DNA of 64,000 bases from Tannerellaceae bacterium (GTDB lineage Bacteria > Bacteroidota > Bacteroidia > Bacteroidales > Tannerellaceae). The position numbers were made by a program, and so were the translations under genes. The stretch is taken from positions 184-64,183 of the forward strand of contig JAITRG010000066.1 in NCBI GenBank assembly GCA_031288515.1, read 5' to 3'. Shown here in pieces: positions 8,769-19,346 of this stretch. Under the pieces are notes generated by a model, which was not told the DNA's origin, made no database searches, and saw only the letters and a program-made list of their open reading frames with translations. Each line of letters begins with the position of its first letter. Position 1 is the stretch's first letter.

Positions 8769-11700
8769 ATGAAAGTATTTTTAATTCTGTTTTGTATTGT
8801 TCCCATCTTCTCATTTGCTTTGGATGTGGATGAAGGAAAGATGCGGGGAAAGGTAGTCGATATGAATGGGGAGCCCCTTGCAGGAGTTGCCATTCATGTG
8901 ACTGGGGGTACTAAAGGGACCATAACAGATTCTAATGGGGCATTTGGAATGGATAATGTTAAGTTAGGAGAAAAATTTACGGTTACTTATCTGGGAATGC
9001 AGGATACCGAGTTTGTGTATCAGGGAAAAGATGTAACGATTGTATTAAAGGAAAAAGAAAATGAATTGGACGAGGTAATCGTGGTCGCTTTCGGCAAGCA
9101 AAAGAAAGAAAGCGTGATTGCATCGGTGATTACGGTCAAGCCTTCCGATTTAAAAGTCCCATCAAGTAATTTGACTACCGCGCTTGCAGGACGGATTTCG
9201 GGACTTATTTCTTATCAACGGAGCGGTGAACCCGGACAGGATAACGCTGACTTTTTTGTACGCGGTATTACCACTTTCGGTAACGGGAAAGCCAATCCGC
9301 TTATCCTTATCGATGGAGTGGAGCTTTCGTCGGAAGACCTGTCGAGACTGAATACTGATGATATTGCTAGCTTTTCTGTTATGAAAGACGCTAACGCAAC
9401 TGCCCTTTACGGAGCGCGGGGTGCGAATGGCGTAATCCTCATTTCGACGAAAGAAGGAACAGAAGGAAAAGTAAAAATATCCGTCCGTGCAGAAGAATCG
9501 TTTTCTATGCCGACACGCAGTATAGAATTTGCCGATCCTGTTACCTACATGAAACTTGGTAATGAAGCGGTTCGCACGCGCAATCCATTGAGCGCGCTTC
9601 CCTATTCGAGCGAGAAGATAGCGCGGACAGGAACCGGAAATCCATACGTTTATCCGGCCACAGACTGGGCTGACCTAATGTTGAAAGACGTTACAAGTAA
9701 TCAGCGGGTAAACGTGAATATGAGTGGAGGAGGAAGTATAGCCAGGTACTACATTGCCGCTTCATATGCTCATGATAGTGGTATCCTAAAAGAAGATAAG
9801 CGTAATGAATTCAATAACAATGTCGATTTGAAAAAATATTTGTTAAGGATGAATTTCAATATAAAAGTGACTCCGACAACCGAAGTTATAGCTCGTCTTC
9901 ATGGCACATTCGATGATTACACAGGGCCTCTCGATGGCGGATCGGGCGTTTATAATAAAATCATGCGTACCAATCCGGTTCTTTTTCCGGCTTATTACGT
10001 ACCGGATACCGCCCATAAATACACCAAACATATCTTGTTTGGAAATTACGGAGGAGGAAATCAATCCTCTAATTTTTACCTTAATCCGTATGCCGACATG
10101 GTAAAAGGTTACAAACAGTATAGCAAAACTCTATTGTTGGCCCAAATGGAACTGAAGCAAGATCTCGGATTCTTGTTAAAAGGTCTTTCCGTGCGTGGAA
10201 TGTTCAATACTACCCGCTATTCGTATTTCGACCTGTGGCGTAATTATAGACCTTATTATTATAATATCGGAAGTTACGACAAGCAAGCCGATACATATAA
10301 GCTGGCACCATTAAATGAAAGAAATGGTACTGAATATATCAGCGAATTTGGCGAAGGAGGGAAGGACATTAACACTACGATTTACTGGGAAGCGGCAGCG
10401 CAGTATAATAATACATTTGCCGAAGATCATGCCGTGAGTGGCCTGTTGGTTTTTACAGGCCGTGAAGAATTGCACGGAAATATTAGGGGGGATTTGCAAA
10501 ATTCGTTTCCATACCGCAACCTTAGCTTGTCGGGACGTTTAACATACGCCTACCGGAACAAATATTTCATTGAAGGTAATTTCGGATACAATGGTTCGGA
10601 ACGGTTTTTCCAAAAAAATACATTTGGCTTTTTCCCTTCAATCGGTGTGGGATACATGCTTTCAAATGAAGAATTTTGGCAACCGTTAGCCAAAACATTC
10701 TCCAAATTAAAGCTGAAAGCCACTTACGGTTTAGTAGGGAATGATGCTATCGGCGATATCAACGACAGGTTTTTCTATTTAGAGAAAGTTTATATCGGCA
10801 ATACCGACCGTGGTTATTCTTTTGGTACGGAAAAAGGATACGGTAACAGCGGGATTAGCATTTCCCGTTACGCGGATCCCGATATAACATGGGAAACGGC
10901 ATATAAACAAAACTATGGAATAGAAATCGGTCTGTTTGATAAGCTGGATTTCCAGATGGATTACTTCAGAGAATATCGTAAAAACATATTAATGGATCGC
11001 GCAGCAGTCCCTACTACAATGGGATTGCAAGCTACTCCGAAAGTTAATATCGGTGAGGCGTTCGGTTCAGGCGTAGATATGTCTCTGGATTATTCACATG
11101 CTGTTAATTCCGACCTTTGGTTTTCATTACGCGGTACTTTTACATACGCCAAGAGCAAATATCACGCATTTGAAGAACCCGCTTATGAAGGGCAACCGTG
11201 GAGGAAACATCTCGGACAGCCTTTGTCACAAACTTATGGGTTGATTGCAGAACGTCTGTTTATCGACGACGATGACGTGTATAATTCCCCTACGCAAATG
11301 TTTGGCGAATATGGTGCCGGCGACATCAAATACAAAGATATTAACATGGACGGGAAGATAGACAATCAGGACTACGTGCCTGTCGGTTATCCTACAACTC
11401 CAGAGATTATTTATGGAGGCGGGTTTTCTCTGGGATACAGAAGTTTTGATCTATCCGCTTTTTTTCAAGGCTCAACTCAGTCGTCTTTTTGGATAAATAA
11501 CGGTAACATTTCTCCATTTTTGGATACGGACGGCGACAATAACGTCAATTCTCAAAACGCTTTATTACAAATCATAGCTGACAGTTACTGGGCAGAAGAC
11601 AACCGTAATCCTCATGCTTTCTGGCCCCGCCTTTCCAATTATGAGATAGAAAATAATACGCAAACCAGTACATGGTGGATGCGCGACGGTGCGTTCCTTC

Positions 11701-11903
11701 GCTTAAAAACTATAGAATTAGGTTATACCGTACCTAAAAAGTGGACGAGTAAGGCACATCTGGCTATGGCTCGCTTTTACATTAGCGGAACTAATCTGCT
11801 GACATGGAGTAAATTCAAATTTTGGGATCCAGAAATGGGAGGAGGAGGATTGAATTATCCGGTTCAGAAAGTATTCAATATAGGTATTAATGTTAACTTA
11901 TAA
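8769..11903 (+). CDS. SusC/RagA-family TonB-dependent transporter
   Basis: RSGEPGQDNADFFVRGITTFG, PLILIDG, KDANATALYGARGANGVILISTK, FLRLKTIELGYT. Confidence 0.97.
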   Translation: MKVFLILFCIVPIFSFALDVDEGKMRGKVVDMNGEPLAGVAIHVTGGTKGTITDSNGAFGMDNVKLGEKFTVTYLGMQDTEFVYQGKDVTIVLKEKENELDEVIVVAFGKQKKESVIASVITVKPSDLKVPSSNLTTALAGRISGLISYQRSGEPGQDNADFFVRGITTFGNGKANPLILIDGVELSSEDLSRLNTDDIASFSVMKDANATALYGARGANGVILISTKEGTEGKVKISVRAEESFSMPTRSIEFADPVTYMKLGNEAVRTRNPLSALPYSSEKIARTGTGNPYVYPATDWADLMLKDVTSNQRVNVNMSGGGSIARYYIAASYAHDSGILKEDKRNEFNNNVDLKKYLLRMNFNIKVTPTTEVIARLHGTFDDYTGPLDGGSGVYNKIMRTNPVLFPAYYVPDTAHKYTKHILFGNYGGGNQSSNFYLNPYADMVKGYKQYSKTLLLAQMELKQDLGFLLKGLSVRGMFNTTRYSYFDLWRNYRPYYYNIGSYDKQADTYKLAPLNERNGTEYISEFGEGGKDINTTIYWEAAAQYNNTFAEDHAVSGLLVFTGREELHGNIRGDLQNSFPYRNLSLSGRLTYAYRNKYFIEGNFGYNGSERFFQKNTFGFFPSIGVGYMLSNEEFWQPLAKTFSKLKLKATYGLVGNDAIGDINDRFFYLEKVYIGNTDRGYSFGTEKGYGNSGISISRYADPDITWETAYKQNYGIEIGLFDKLDFQMDYFREYRKNILMDRAAVPTTMGLQATPKVNIGEAFGSGVDMSLDYSHAVNSDLWFSLRGTFTYAKSKYHAFEEPAYEGQPWRKHLGQPLSQTYGLIAERLFIDDDDVYNSPTQMFGEYGAGDIKYKDINMDGKIDNQDYVPVGYPTTPEIIYGGGFSLGYRSFDLSAFFQGSTQSSFWINNGNISPFLDTDGDNNVNSQNALLQIIADSYWAEDNRNPHAFWPRLSNYEIENNTQTSTWWMRDGAFLRLKTIELGYTVPKKWTSKAHLAMARFYISGTNLLTWSKFKFWDPEMGGGGLNYPVQKVFNIGINVNL

Positions 11904-11930
11904 CAAATTGAACAGTAAAAACATAATATT

Positions 11931-13856
11931 ATGAGAAAAATTATAAGATTAATAACCGGTATATCGTTATCATGCATGTTATTATTCTGTTCATGTAACG
12001 ACTACCTATCCATAGTGCCGGATGATATTCCTTCGATGGAACACGTATTCAACAGCCACACAACTACGGAACAATTTCTTTTTACATGTTATTCTTATTT
12101 ACCCAATCCTGCCGATCTTCTGGCAACGCAGGGCATGATGTCGAGCCGCGAATGTTGGTTCCGTCCCGAAGGATGGTATTGGCTAGCCGGCGACTCCAAC
12201 GGAGGTAATTTTTATACATGGCATATTGCCAGGGGATTGCAAAACTCTAATAACCCATATACAAATTACTGGGATGGAGGACAGGGAGGAATACCATTAT
12301 TCAATGCTATCCGCGACTGCAATATCTTTCTCGAAAACATAGACAATGCTGTCGACGTAGAACCATACGAGAAAAAACGCTGGACTGCCGAGGTGAAATT
12401 CCTGAAAGCTTTTTATCATTATTACCTGATGCGGATGTACGGGCCTATTCCTGTCATCAGAGAGAATATTCCGGTAGGCGCGCTCACCAAAGAAGTACAG
12501 GTATATCGCGAACCGCTTGAAGATGTGGCCAACTACATTGTATCGCTGTTGGATGAAGCCTATTCCGAAAAAGAATTGCCCGCTTCCATCATAAACGAAG
12601 CTGAAGAGCTGGGACGTATTACTAAACCCATTGTTTTGTCCATAAAAGCACAGGTATTGACGTTGATGGCAAGCCCGTTGTTCAATGGTAATCCAACCTA
12701 CCGTAACTTTGCCGACAAACGGGGAATACTTCTCTTTCCTCAAGAGTACAATCCTGACAAATGGCGCGTCGCTGCGGAAGCCCTTAAAGCCGCTATTAAC
12801 TGCGCCGAAAATGAAGATAACAGGAGCTTGTTCCGGTTCGAAGACCCTATGATGCAATTATCGCCGGCTCTTCAACAAGAACTGACAATTAGAGATGCCA
12901 TTACGGAACGGTGGAACAATGAAATTATCTGGGCGTCAACCAAATCCGAAGATATGTTGCAACGTTTGTCTACCGTACCTACCAGTGCTACCGATTCATG
13001 GATGCATGTGGCGGCTGTTTCTCCTACATTGGACGTTGCGGAACTATTTTATACCGATAATGGATTACCTATCCAGGAAGACAAGGAATATCTCATCGCT
13101 TATCCGGACATATACGTCACATCCAAAGCTACGGCGGTGGATGCCGACTATATACGTGAGGGCTTTGAAACCGCGAACCTGCATTTCCACCGCGAACCCC
13201 GTTTCTATGCTTCATTAACGTTCGACGGAGGATACTACTTCGGGAATGGCAATGTGAAGAGAAACATAGATATGAAGTACGGAACAACCGGAGGAAAGAG
13301 AGGCCCGGACAGATATTCCATTACAGGTTATTTCCCTAAGAAACTGGTAAACAGAGAATCGGTATATTCTTCTAATGGATGGACAAGCCATTTTTATACT
13401 TATCCTTATATACGTCTGGCTGATTTATATCTCCTCTATGCCGAAGTCCTGAATGAGGTAAAAGCCACTCCCGACGAAGAGGTATATTATTACATCGATA
13501 AAGTCAGAGAGAGAGCGGGGCTGAAAGGCGTGGAGGAAACATGGAATTCCACGGTATCCATACATCCCGAATATATTGCAAACAAAGACCGCATGAGAGA
13601 TATTATACATCGCGAGCGCCTAATTGAGCTGGCGTTCGAAAATACGCCTTATTGGGATATTCTGAGATGGAAAGAAGGGGAAAAACGCTGGAACGGAACC
13701 GTAAGAGGATGGAATGTCAATGGGAAAAGTACAGACAGTTTCTATAATGTAACGACTATCGGCACAACCTCATTCTCATATAAAGATTATTTAACCCCTA
13801 TCTCTTTAGGTTCCCTGGATAGAAATACCAATCTTGTACAGAATCCGGGATGGTAG
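11931..13856 (+). CDS. SusD/RagB-family lipoprotein
   Basis: Lipobox CSC-NDYLSIVP, IRLADLYLLYAE, RERLIELAFE, terminal LVQNPGW. Confidence 0.96.
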   Translation: MRKIIRLITGISLSCMLLFCSCNDYLSIVPDDIPSMEHVFNSHTTTEQFLFTCYSYLPNPADLLATQGMMSSRECWFRPEGWYWLAGDSNGGNFYTWHIARGLQNSNNPYTNYWDGGQGGIPLFNAIRDCNIFLENIDNAVDVEPYEKKRWTAEVKFLKAFYHYYLMRMYGPIPVIRENIPVGALTKEVQVYREPLEDVANYIVSLLDEAYSEKELPASIINEAEELGRITKPIVLSIKAQVLTLMASPLFNGNPTYRNFADKRGILLFPQEYNPDKWRVAAEALKAAINCAENEDNRSLFRFEDPMMQLSPALQQELTIRDAITERWNNEIIWASTKSEDMLQRLSTVPTSATDSWMHVAAVSPTLDVAELFYTDNGLPIQEDKEYLIAYPDIYVTSKATAVDADYIREGFETANLHFHREPRFYASLTFDGGYYFGNGNVKRNIDMKYGTTGGKRGPDRYSITGYFPKKLVNRESVYSSNGWTSHFYTYPYIRLADLYLLYAEVLNEVKATPDEEVYYYIDKVRERAGLKGVEETWNSTVSIHPEYIANKDRMRDIIHRERLIELAFENTPYWDILRWKEGEKRWNGTVRGWNVNGKSTDSFYNVTTIGTTSFSYKDYLTPISLGSLDRNTNLVQNPGW

Positions 13857-13887
13857 TTAGTTGATTAATAATTAAAAAATTATTCAA

Positions 13888-15096
13888 ATGAAAAATATAT
13901 TATTCATATTGGTGATTATTCTGTTTGTCGGATTTATAACAGGCTGCAAAGATGATTTTGTGGGACAACCACCGACAGATAGCCAGGCTCCCGCACCAGT
14001 CAGGAATCCGGTAGCGGTAAGTATACCGGGCGGGGCAAAAATTACATACGAACTTCCCGACAACAATGATTTACTTTACGTGAAAGCCGTCTATGTGATT
14101 AACGGTACAGAACGCAACACTTCTGCATCATTCAGCTCAAAAGTCCTCGAAATAAAAGGTTTCGGAACTACGGAATCGCAAACGGTATCGCTATACAGTG
14201 TCGACCGTAGCGGCAATATGTCGGAGCCCGTTAAAGTATCCATTACTCCGGGAACATCGCCGATAAGAATCATCAGTGAATCCATCCGTATGAAGGAAAC
14301 TTTCGGCGGCATTCAGATTACATGGGAAAACGCGAGTAAAGAGAATGTGGCGCTTTATATAGTAGAAATGGGCAAGGACGGGGATATGGACGAGCTGGAT
14401 ATTGCCTTCAGCAATGCGGAAAACGGGAAATACAGTGTGCGCGGATTGGGATCCATCGAACGTGTGTTTGGCGTATATGTACGCGACCGCTGGGACAATA
14501 TTTCGGAAACCCGAACGGCTACTTTAACGCCTTTGGCCGAATACAAGCTGGATAAATCATTGTGGCAAAGGCGAATCATACCAGGAGACAATCCAACCAA
14601 CTCAGGCTTTGGCCCATGGAGTCATATAAAAGACGAGATATGGGAAACGGACAATATATGGGAAACCCTTACATCGATGATACCGATCCTCTTTACCATA
14701 GATTTAGGCGTAACGACTAAATTAAGCCGTTATACATTATGGCAACGGAATGCTGGTTATCAATATAAAAACTCTAATCCGAAACGTTGGAAAATATATG
14801 GAACCGATATATTAAAGGGAAGTGAATCCGATGACTACTGGAAAACCGTAGAGGAAGACGCCGGTTGGAAAAAAGACTGGATATTACTTGGCGATGGTGA
14901 AACGTTTAAACCGTCGGGCGATGGTCCTGTTACACAGGAAGACCTTGAATATGCCTTGCAGGGATATTCATTCGACATGTCGATAGATGCTCCGCCGATA
15001 CGCTATGTCCGTTTTCATGTAACGGATATATGGGAAACGATCGGCTTGTTGCATATTTCGGAACTTTCATTTTGGGGTGCAAGTGCAGAAGAATAA
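13888..15096 (+). CDS. PUL surface lipoprotein (DUF4959/DUF5126/DUF5000-like)
   Basis: Lipobox ITGC, GGAKITYELP..DLLYVKAVY, SVDRSGNMSEP, FTIDLG, C-terminal ISELSFWG. Confidence 0.8.
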   Translation: MKNILFILVIILFVGFITGCKDDFVGQPPTDSQAPAPVRNPVAVSIPGGAKITYELPDNNDLLYVKAVYVINGTERNTSASFSSKVLEIKGFGTTESQTVSLYSVDRSGNMSEPVKVSITPGTSPIRIISESIRMKETFGGIQITWENASKENVALYIVEMGKDGDMDELDIAFSNAENGKYSVRGLGSIERVFGVYVRDRWDNISETRTATLTPLAEYKLDKSLWQRRIIPGDNPTNSGFGPWSHIKDEIWETDNIWETLTSMIPILFTIDLGVTTKLSRYTLWQRNAGYQYKNSNPKRWKIYGTDILKGSESDDYWKTVEEDAGWKKDWILLGDGETFKPSGDGPVTQEDLEYALQGYSFDMSIDAPPIRYVRFHVTDIWETIGLLHISELSFWGASAEE

Positions 15097-15114
15097 AATT
15101 AATAAATCAAATTT

Positions 15115-16233
15115 ATGAGAATACGAAATTTAATATATTTCCTGGCAGGGCTTGCGATATTATTCAGCACTTCCTGTACAGAACTGAATGATAACATTCA
15201 GTCATATTTGGACCGTGGGGAAATCAATTACCTTGGACGTCCCGATTCGGCATATACCTTAGCCGGTAAACAGCGTGTCATTATCAACTGGCTGGTAAAA
15301 AACGATCCGAGGATAGAATCCTATACTATTTTCTGGAATGATTTGGACAACAAGAAGCAAGAAGTTTCCGGATCCATAGACCGCAATTTGCTGACTGATG
15401 GTTACATGTCGAATACTTTGGATGTTGAAGAAGGCTCATACCTGTTCAGCATTGTACATACGGGAAGCAAGGGTTATAATTCTATTGCAACGGAAGTAAT
15501 GGGCAATGCATATGGAGACATATACGCCTCCACGTTGCTTCCCCGCGAAATAGCTTCTGTAGCCGCATATGCGGATCATATCGAAATCAACTGGTCGCAG
15601 GCGGAGGAGAGTGTCGTCGATTTAGAATTGACTTATGAAGCGAATGATGGCAGTGAAAGAACGGTTAGGGTATCTGCTACCGAAATGCAAACTAATATTT
15701 ACGAATATAAGCAGCGAGGAAAATACTTTTGGGTAACATGGTTTCAACCGGAATCAACGATAGACAAGTTCAGCGTAACTTCAATTGAATATGAATTCCC
15801 GATAGTCAAATATACGTTAAATAAATCCGGCTGGACTGCTTCTGCACCGACAAGTCATTGGTGGGGAACCGGACCTGGTGCAGTGATCGACGATAATAAC
15901 AATTCTTATTGGCATTCAGCTGTAGACGAATCGGCATCGTCGCCAAACAGGCCTTATTATATTGAAGTCGATATGAAAAACATTAAGAATGTCTTATCCG
16001 TCACTGTTGAGAAGCGTTATGATCCGAAAGAAATAGAGATAAGAAGCAGCATCAATGGAACCGAATGGACAATGCTTGGCAGAGTAATATTTGACGGAGG
16101 TGAGCGTGATACTAAAACGTTGGAACTGAATGATGAAATTCAGGCTCAATTCCTCAGATTTTATATTACCGATAGTACTAGTGGAGACGGTCGTGGAGGT
16201 ATATTTGAAATAAACGTCTTAGGCTGGGATTAG
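15115..16233 (+). CDS. PUL surface lipoprotein (DUF4998-like plus F5/8-type C domain)
   Basis: Lipobox STSC, YLDRGEINYLGRPDS, C-terminal discoidin motifs (AVIDDNNNSYWHS, YIEVDM, QFLRFYIT). Confidence 0.8.
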   Translation: MRIRNLIYFLAGLAILFSTSCTELNDNIQSYLDRGEINYLGRPDSAYTLAGKQRVIINWLVKNDPRIESYTIFWNDLDNKKQEVSGSIDRNLLTDGYMSNTLDVEEGSYLFSIVHTGSKGYNSIATEVMGNAYGDIYASTLLPREIASVAAYADHIEINWSQAEESVVDLELTYEANDGSERTVRVSATEMQTNIYEYKQRGKYFWVTWFQPESTIDKFSVTSIEYEFPIVKYTLNKSGWTASAPTSHWWGTGPGAVIDDNNNSYWHSAVDESASSPNRPYYIEVDMKNIKNVLSVTVEKRYDPKEIEIRSSINGTEWTMLGRVIFDGGERDTKTLELNDEIQAQFLRFYITDSTSGDGRGGIFEINVLGWD

Positions 16234-16254
16234 GGCAAGAAGCCAGTAATATTT

Positions 16255-16287
16255 ATGAAAGTGTGTCTATTTATGACACACTTTCAT
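16255..16287 (+). terminator. Perfect 13-bp stem-loop between the lipoprotein genes and the hydrolases
   Basis: ATGAAAGTGTGTC-TATTTAT-GACACACTTTCAT followed by TTT. Confidence 0.6.
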
Positions 16288-16304
16288 TTTAAATTATATA
16301 TATT

Positions 16305-19109
16305 ATGAATAAAGCCTTTAAACTTTTACTTCTATTTATATTCACAGGTTTCGCTGCAATTTGCGACGGGAAAGGTACAAACACGATTTTCGTACAGGAT
16401 CTAACCTGCGAATATCTGGTCGATCCGCTCGGAATAGATGTTCCCCAGCCCCGTTTTGCATGGAAGATAGTACAGACCGGTAAAGCAAAGAAAGGACAAT
16501 TACAAACTGCTTACCAAATTCTGATAGCCTCTTCTTCCGAAAAATTAGCGGAAAATGAAGGTGATATCTGGAACAGCGAAAAAGTACAGTCCGGACAGTC
16601 CGTTCATATAACATATAATGGTAAACCGCTCGAAAGTATGCAGCAATGCTGGTGGAAAGTAAAAATCTGGAATAACTACGGCGAAGTTACCTCTTGGAGC
16701 AACTCCGCCCGCTTCGGAGTGGGAATTCTTCAACCTTCGGGCTGGAAAGGACAATGGATTGGCGACAAACCCGATCTCAAGTTGAAGGAATACGTGGAAT
16801 ATGTGGACGCGCACCACACTAAAAAGGAGGATGGCTATGACGCTAAAATAGTGGAAAACCCGCCCTTACTTCCTTCTCCTTTGCTGCGAAAATCGTTTTC
16901 CGTTACCGGCAGTGTCAAAAGCGCTCTGCTCTATGTATCTTCGCTCGGCTATAACGAGATTTTCTTCAACGGAGAACGTATCGGCGATCATCAACTGGCA
17001 CCCGAATGGACTGACTATTACCGACGTGTTCAGTATCAGGTATATGACTTAACCGCTCAGGTCGCTTCCGGGACAAATGCCCTTGCTGCTGTTCTGGCAG
17101 ATGGCTGGTACCTTGGCGAACTGGGGCCTGTACGGTGGAGGTGGAGTCAAGAATTCCCGTTTCGCGGATTCTATGGTCTCGACCGCCGTTTAATTGCCCA
17201 ACTCTGTATCGTATATTCCGATGGTTCCAGACAGATAATATCCACTGACGGCTCATGGAAGATCAATCCCGACGGATATATCCGTACTGCTGATAACTTT
17301 GTAGGGCAAACTATTGACGCCCGCAAAATTATTTCCGGATGGAATCTTCCCGGTTTTGACGATTCATCTTGGGCAAACGCATATGTGGATAATAGCGTTG
17401 ATAAAAACCTCGAAGCCCAGAAAAACGAACCCATCCGCATTCATCGAGAACTTAAACCGATAAAAATAAACGCGTGGAAAGACAAGTATATCGTCAATTT
17501 CGGACAAAATATCGCTGGTTGGTGCGCCTTGAAAATCAAAGGAAAAGCTGGAACAGTAGTTACACTTCGCCATGGAGAATGGCTCAACAATGACGGCAGC
17601 ATTTATACTTACGGACTAGGACAAGCTAAACAAACCGACGTATTCATTCTTTCGGGAGGCGATGATTGTTTTGAACCCCGTTTTACATATCACGGTTTCC
17701 AGTATGTAGAAATATCCGGCTTGGACGAAAAGCCGGCAGCCGACATGATTGTCGCCCGAGCCGTATCATCCGATCCGGAGGTAACAGGAACTTTCGAATG
17801 TTCTAACCCCAAGCTTAACCGATTATTTGCCAATATCCTTTGGACCCAGCGTAACAACATGCACAGCGTCCCAACCGATTGCCCGCAACGCGATGAACGT
17901 TGTGGCTGGCTGGGCGATGCACAGGTTTTTTGCCAAAATAGCATTTTTAATATGAATATGGCGGCATTTTATACCAAGTTCACGAAAGATCTGTGCGACG
18001 CGGTTGCCCCGAACGGACAATTTTACAGCATCGTACCGTCCGTCAGGCATGGAAATTTCGGAGTGGACTGGTACGGGGGGCCCGCTTGGGCCGATGCCGG
18101 TGTGATCATCCCATGGCGTGTTTATGAAAATTATGGCGACCGGCGAATATTGGAAGAACATTACGTAGTTATGAAACACTACATAGAATCCATTCTTTCG
18201 GAAAATCCTGATTATCTCTGGAAAGAGAAACACGCCAATTATAATGACTGGCTGAATGCCAACACATTTTCGAATCCGCCTGAAGAATACAATACGACAA
18301 GAGGCGGCATGCCTGACGATGTTTTCAATACGGCATTCTTCGCCCATTCGGCACACCTGCTATCGGAAATCGCAACGATACTCGGTAATAAAGATGATGC
18401 GGCCCTGTACACTGATTTAAGGAATAAAATAGCCGCCGCTTTCGTGAAGAATTTTGTGGACGAAAACGGAGTTGTTGAGGGTAATTCGCAGGGAGCTTAT
18501 GCTATCGCCTTGCATTTCGATCTCCTGCCGGAAAACCTACAAGTCAAGGCTTTTGAAAATTTATTGAAATGCATTGAAGAATACGATTATCGAATCTCTA
18601 CCGGATTTGTAACCACGCCTATGATGATGAAAGAACTTGTCCGCAGGGGACGCGCTGACATTGCGTACAAATTTCTTGAATCAGAACGTTTTCCATCATG
18701 GATTTATGCCGTCAACCAAGGTGCAACGACTGTTTGGGAACGTTGGGACGCTTATGTGAAAGGACGCGGGATCAATCCGTCTGATATGAATTCGTTCAAT
18801 CATTATTCCATCGGGTCTGTAGGTGAATGGATTTATCGCAATGTACTTGGTATCAATCCCGACATCAAGCATCCAGGTTATGAGCATTTCACGATTCGTC
18901 CGCTCTTGGGCGGTACGCTGGTTTGGGCAAAAGGTTCATACAATTCCATATATGGCGAAATTGCCGTTTCGTGGAAAATCGAAGGAAATTCATTTATACT
19001 TAATGTAAAAATCCCGGTCAATACAACGGCGACTGTAGTTTTACCCAATAATGAAACAAAAGAAACCGGTTCGGGAGAATATACATTTAAATTAAGAATT
19101 AAGAGTTAA
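16305..19109 (+). CDS. GH78 alpha-L-rhamnosidase
   Basis: DPLGIDVPQPRFAW, SVPTDCPQRDERCGWLGD, ATTVWERWD, MNSFNHYSIG. Confidence 0.93.
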   Translation: MNKAFKLLLLFIFTGFAAICDGKGTNTIFVQDLTCEYLVDPLGIDVPQPRFAWKIVQTGKAKKGQLQTAYQILIASSSEKLAENEGDIWNSEKVQSGQSVHITYNGKPLESMQQCWWKVKIWNNYGEVTSWSNSARFGVGILQPSGWKGQWIGDKPDLKLKEYVEYVDAHHTKKEDGYDAKIVENPPLLPSPLLRKSFSVTGSVKSALLYVSSLGYNEIFFNGERIGDHQLAPEWTDYYRRVQYQVYDLTAQVASGTNALAAVLADGWYLGELGPVRWRWSQEFPFRGFYGLDRRLIAQLCIVYSDGSRQIISTDGSWKINPDGYIRTADNFVGQTIDARKIISGWNLPGFDDSSWANAYVDNSVDKNLEAQKNEPIRIHRELKPIKINAWKDKYIVNFGQNIAGWCALKIKGKAGTVVTLRHGEWLNNDGSIYTYGLGQAKQTDVFILSGGDDCFEPRFTYHGFQYVEISGLDEKPAADMIVARAVSSDPEVTGTFECSNPKLNRLFANILWTQRNNMHSVPTDCPQRDERCGWLGDAQVFCQNSIFNMNMAAFYTKFTKDLCDAVAPNGQFYSIVPSVRHGNFGVDWYGGPAWADAGVIIPWRVYENYGDRRILEEHYVVMKHYIESILSENPDYLWKEKHANYNDWLNANTFSNPPEEYNTTRGGMPDDVFNTAFFAHSAHLLSEIATILGNKDDAALYTDLRNKIAAAFVKNFVDENGVVEGNSQGAYAIALHFDLLPENLQVKAFENLLKCIEEYDYRISTGFVTTPMMMKELVRRGRADIAYKFLESERFPSWIYAVNQGATTVWERWDAYVKGRGINPSDMNSFNHYSIGSVGEWIYRNVLGINPDIKHPGYEHFTIRPLLGGTLVWAKGSYNSIYGEIAVSWKIEGNSFILNVKIPVNTTATVVLPNNETKETGSGEYTFKLRIKS

Positions 19110-19165
19110 GAACTATAGTTTATATTCAATTAAGTATATATGTTTTGTTTTCTGTATCTTAACTG

Positions 19166-19237
19166 CCTCCGGCTGAAGCTGGAGGATAAGAAATAATTCA
19201 GTAAAAGGCTTTAGCTAAAATGATTTCGACTAAAGGC
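19166..19237. repeat. Degenerate REP-like palindromes
   Basis: CCTCCGGC-TGAA-GCTGGAGG (19166-19185) and GGCTTTAGCT...GACTAAAGGC (19207-19237). Confidence 0.4.
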
Positions 19238-19346
19238 ATTTGCTTTCTAAATCTTTATCCATAACTTGAAAGTCGTGATAGCTAATATGCTTTGAGATAA
19301 TCCTTTATACTTTTATTGTATATAAAGTCTATTAAAAATTTAAAAT

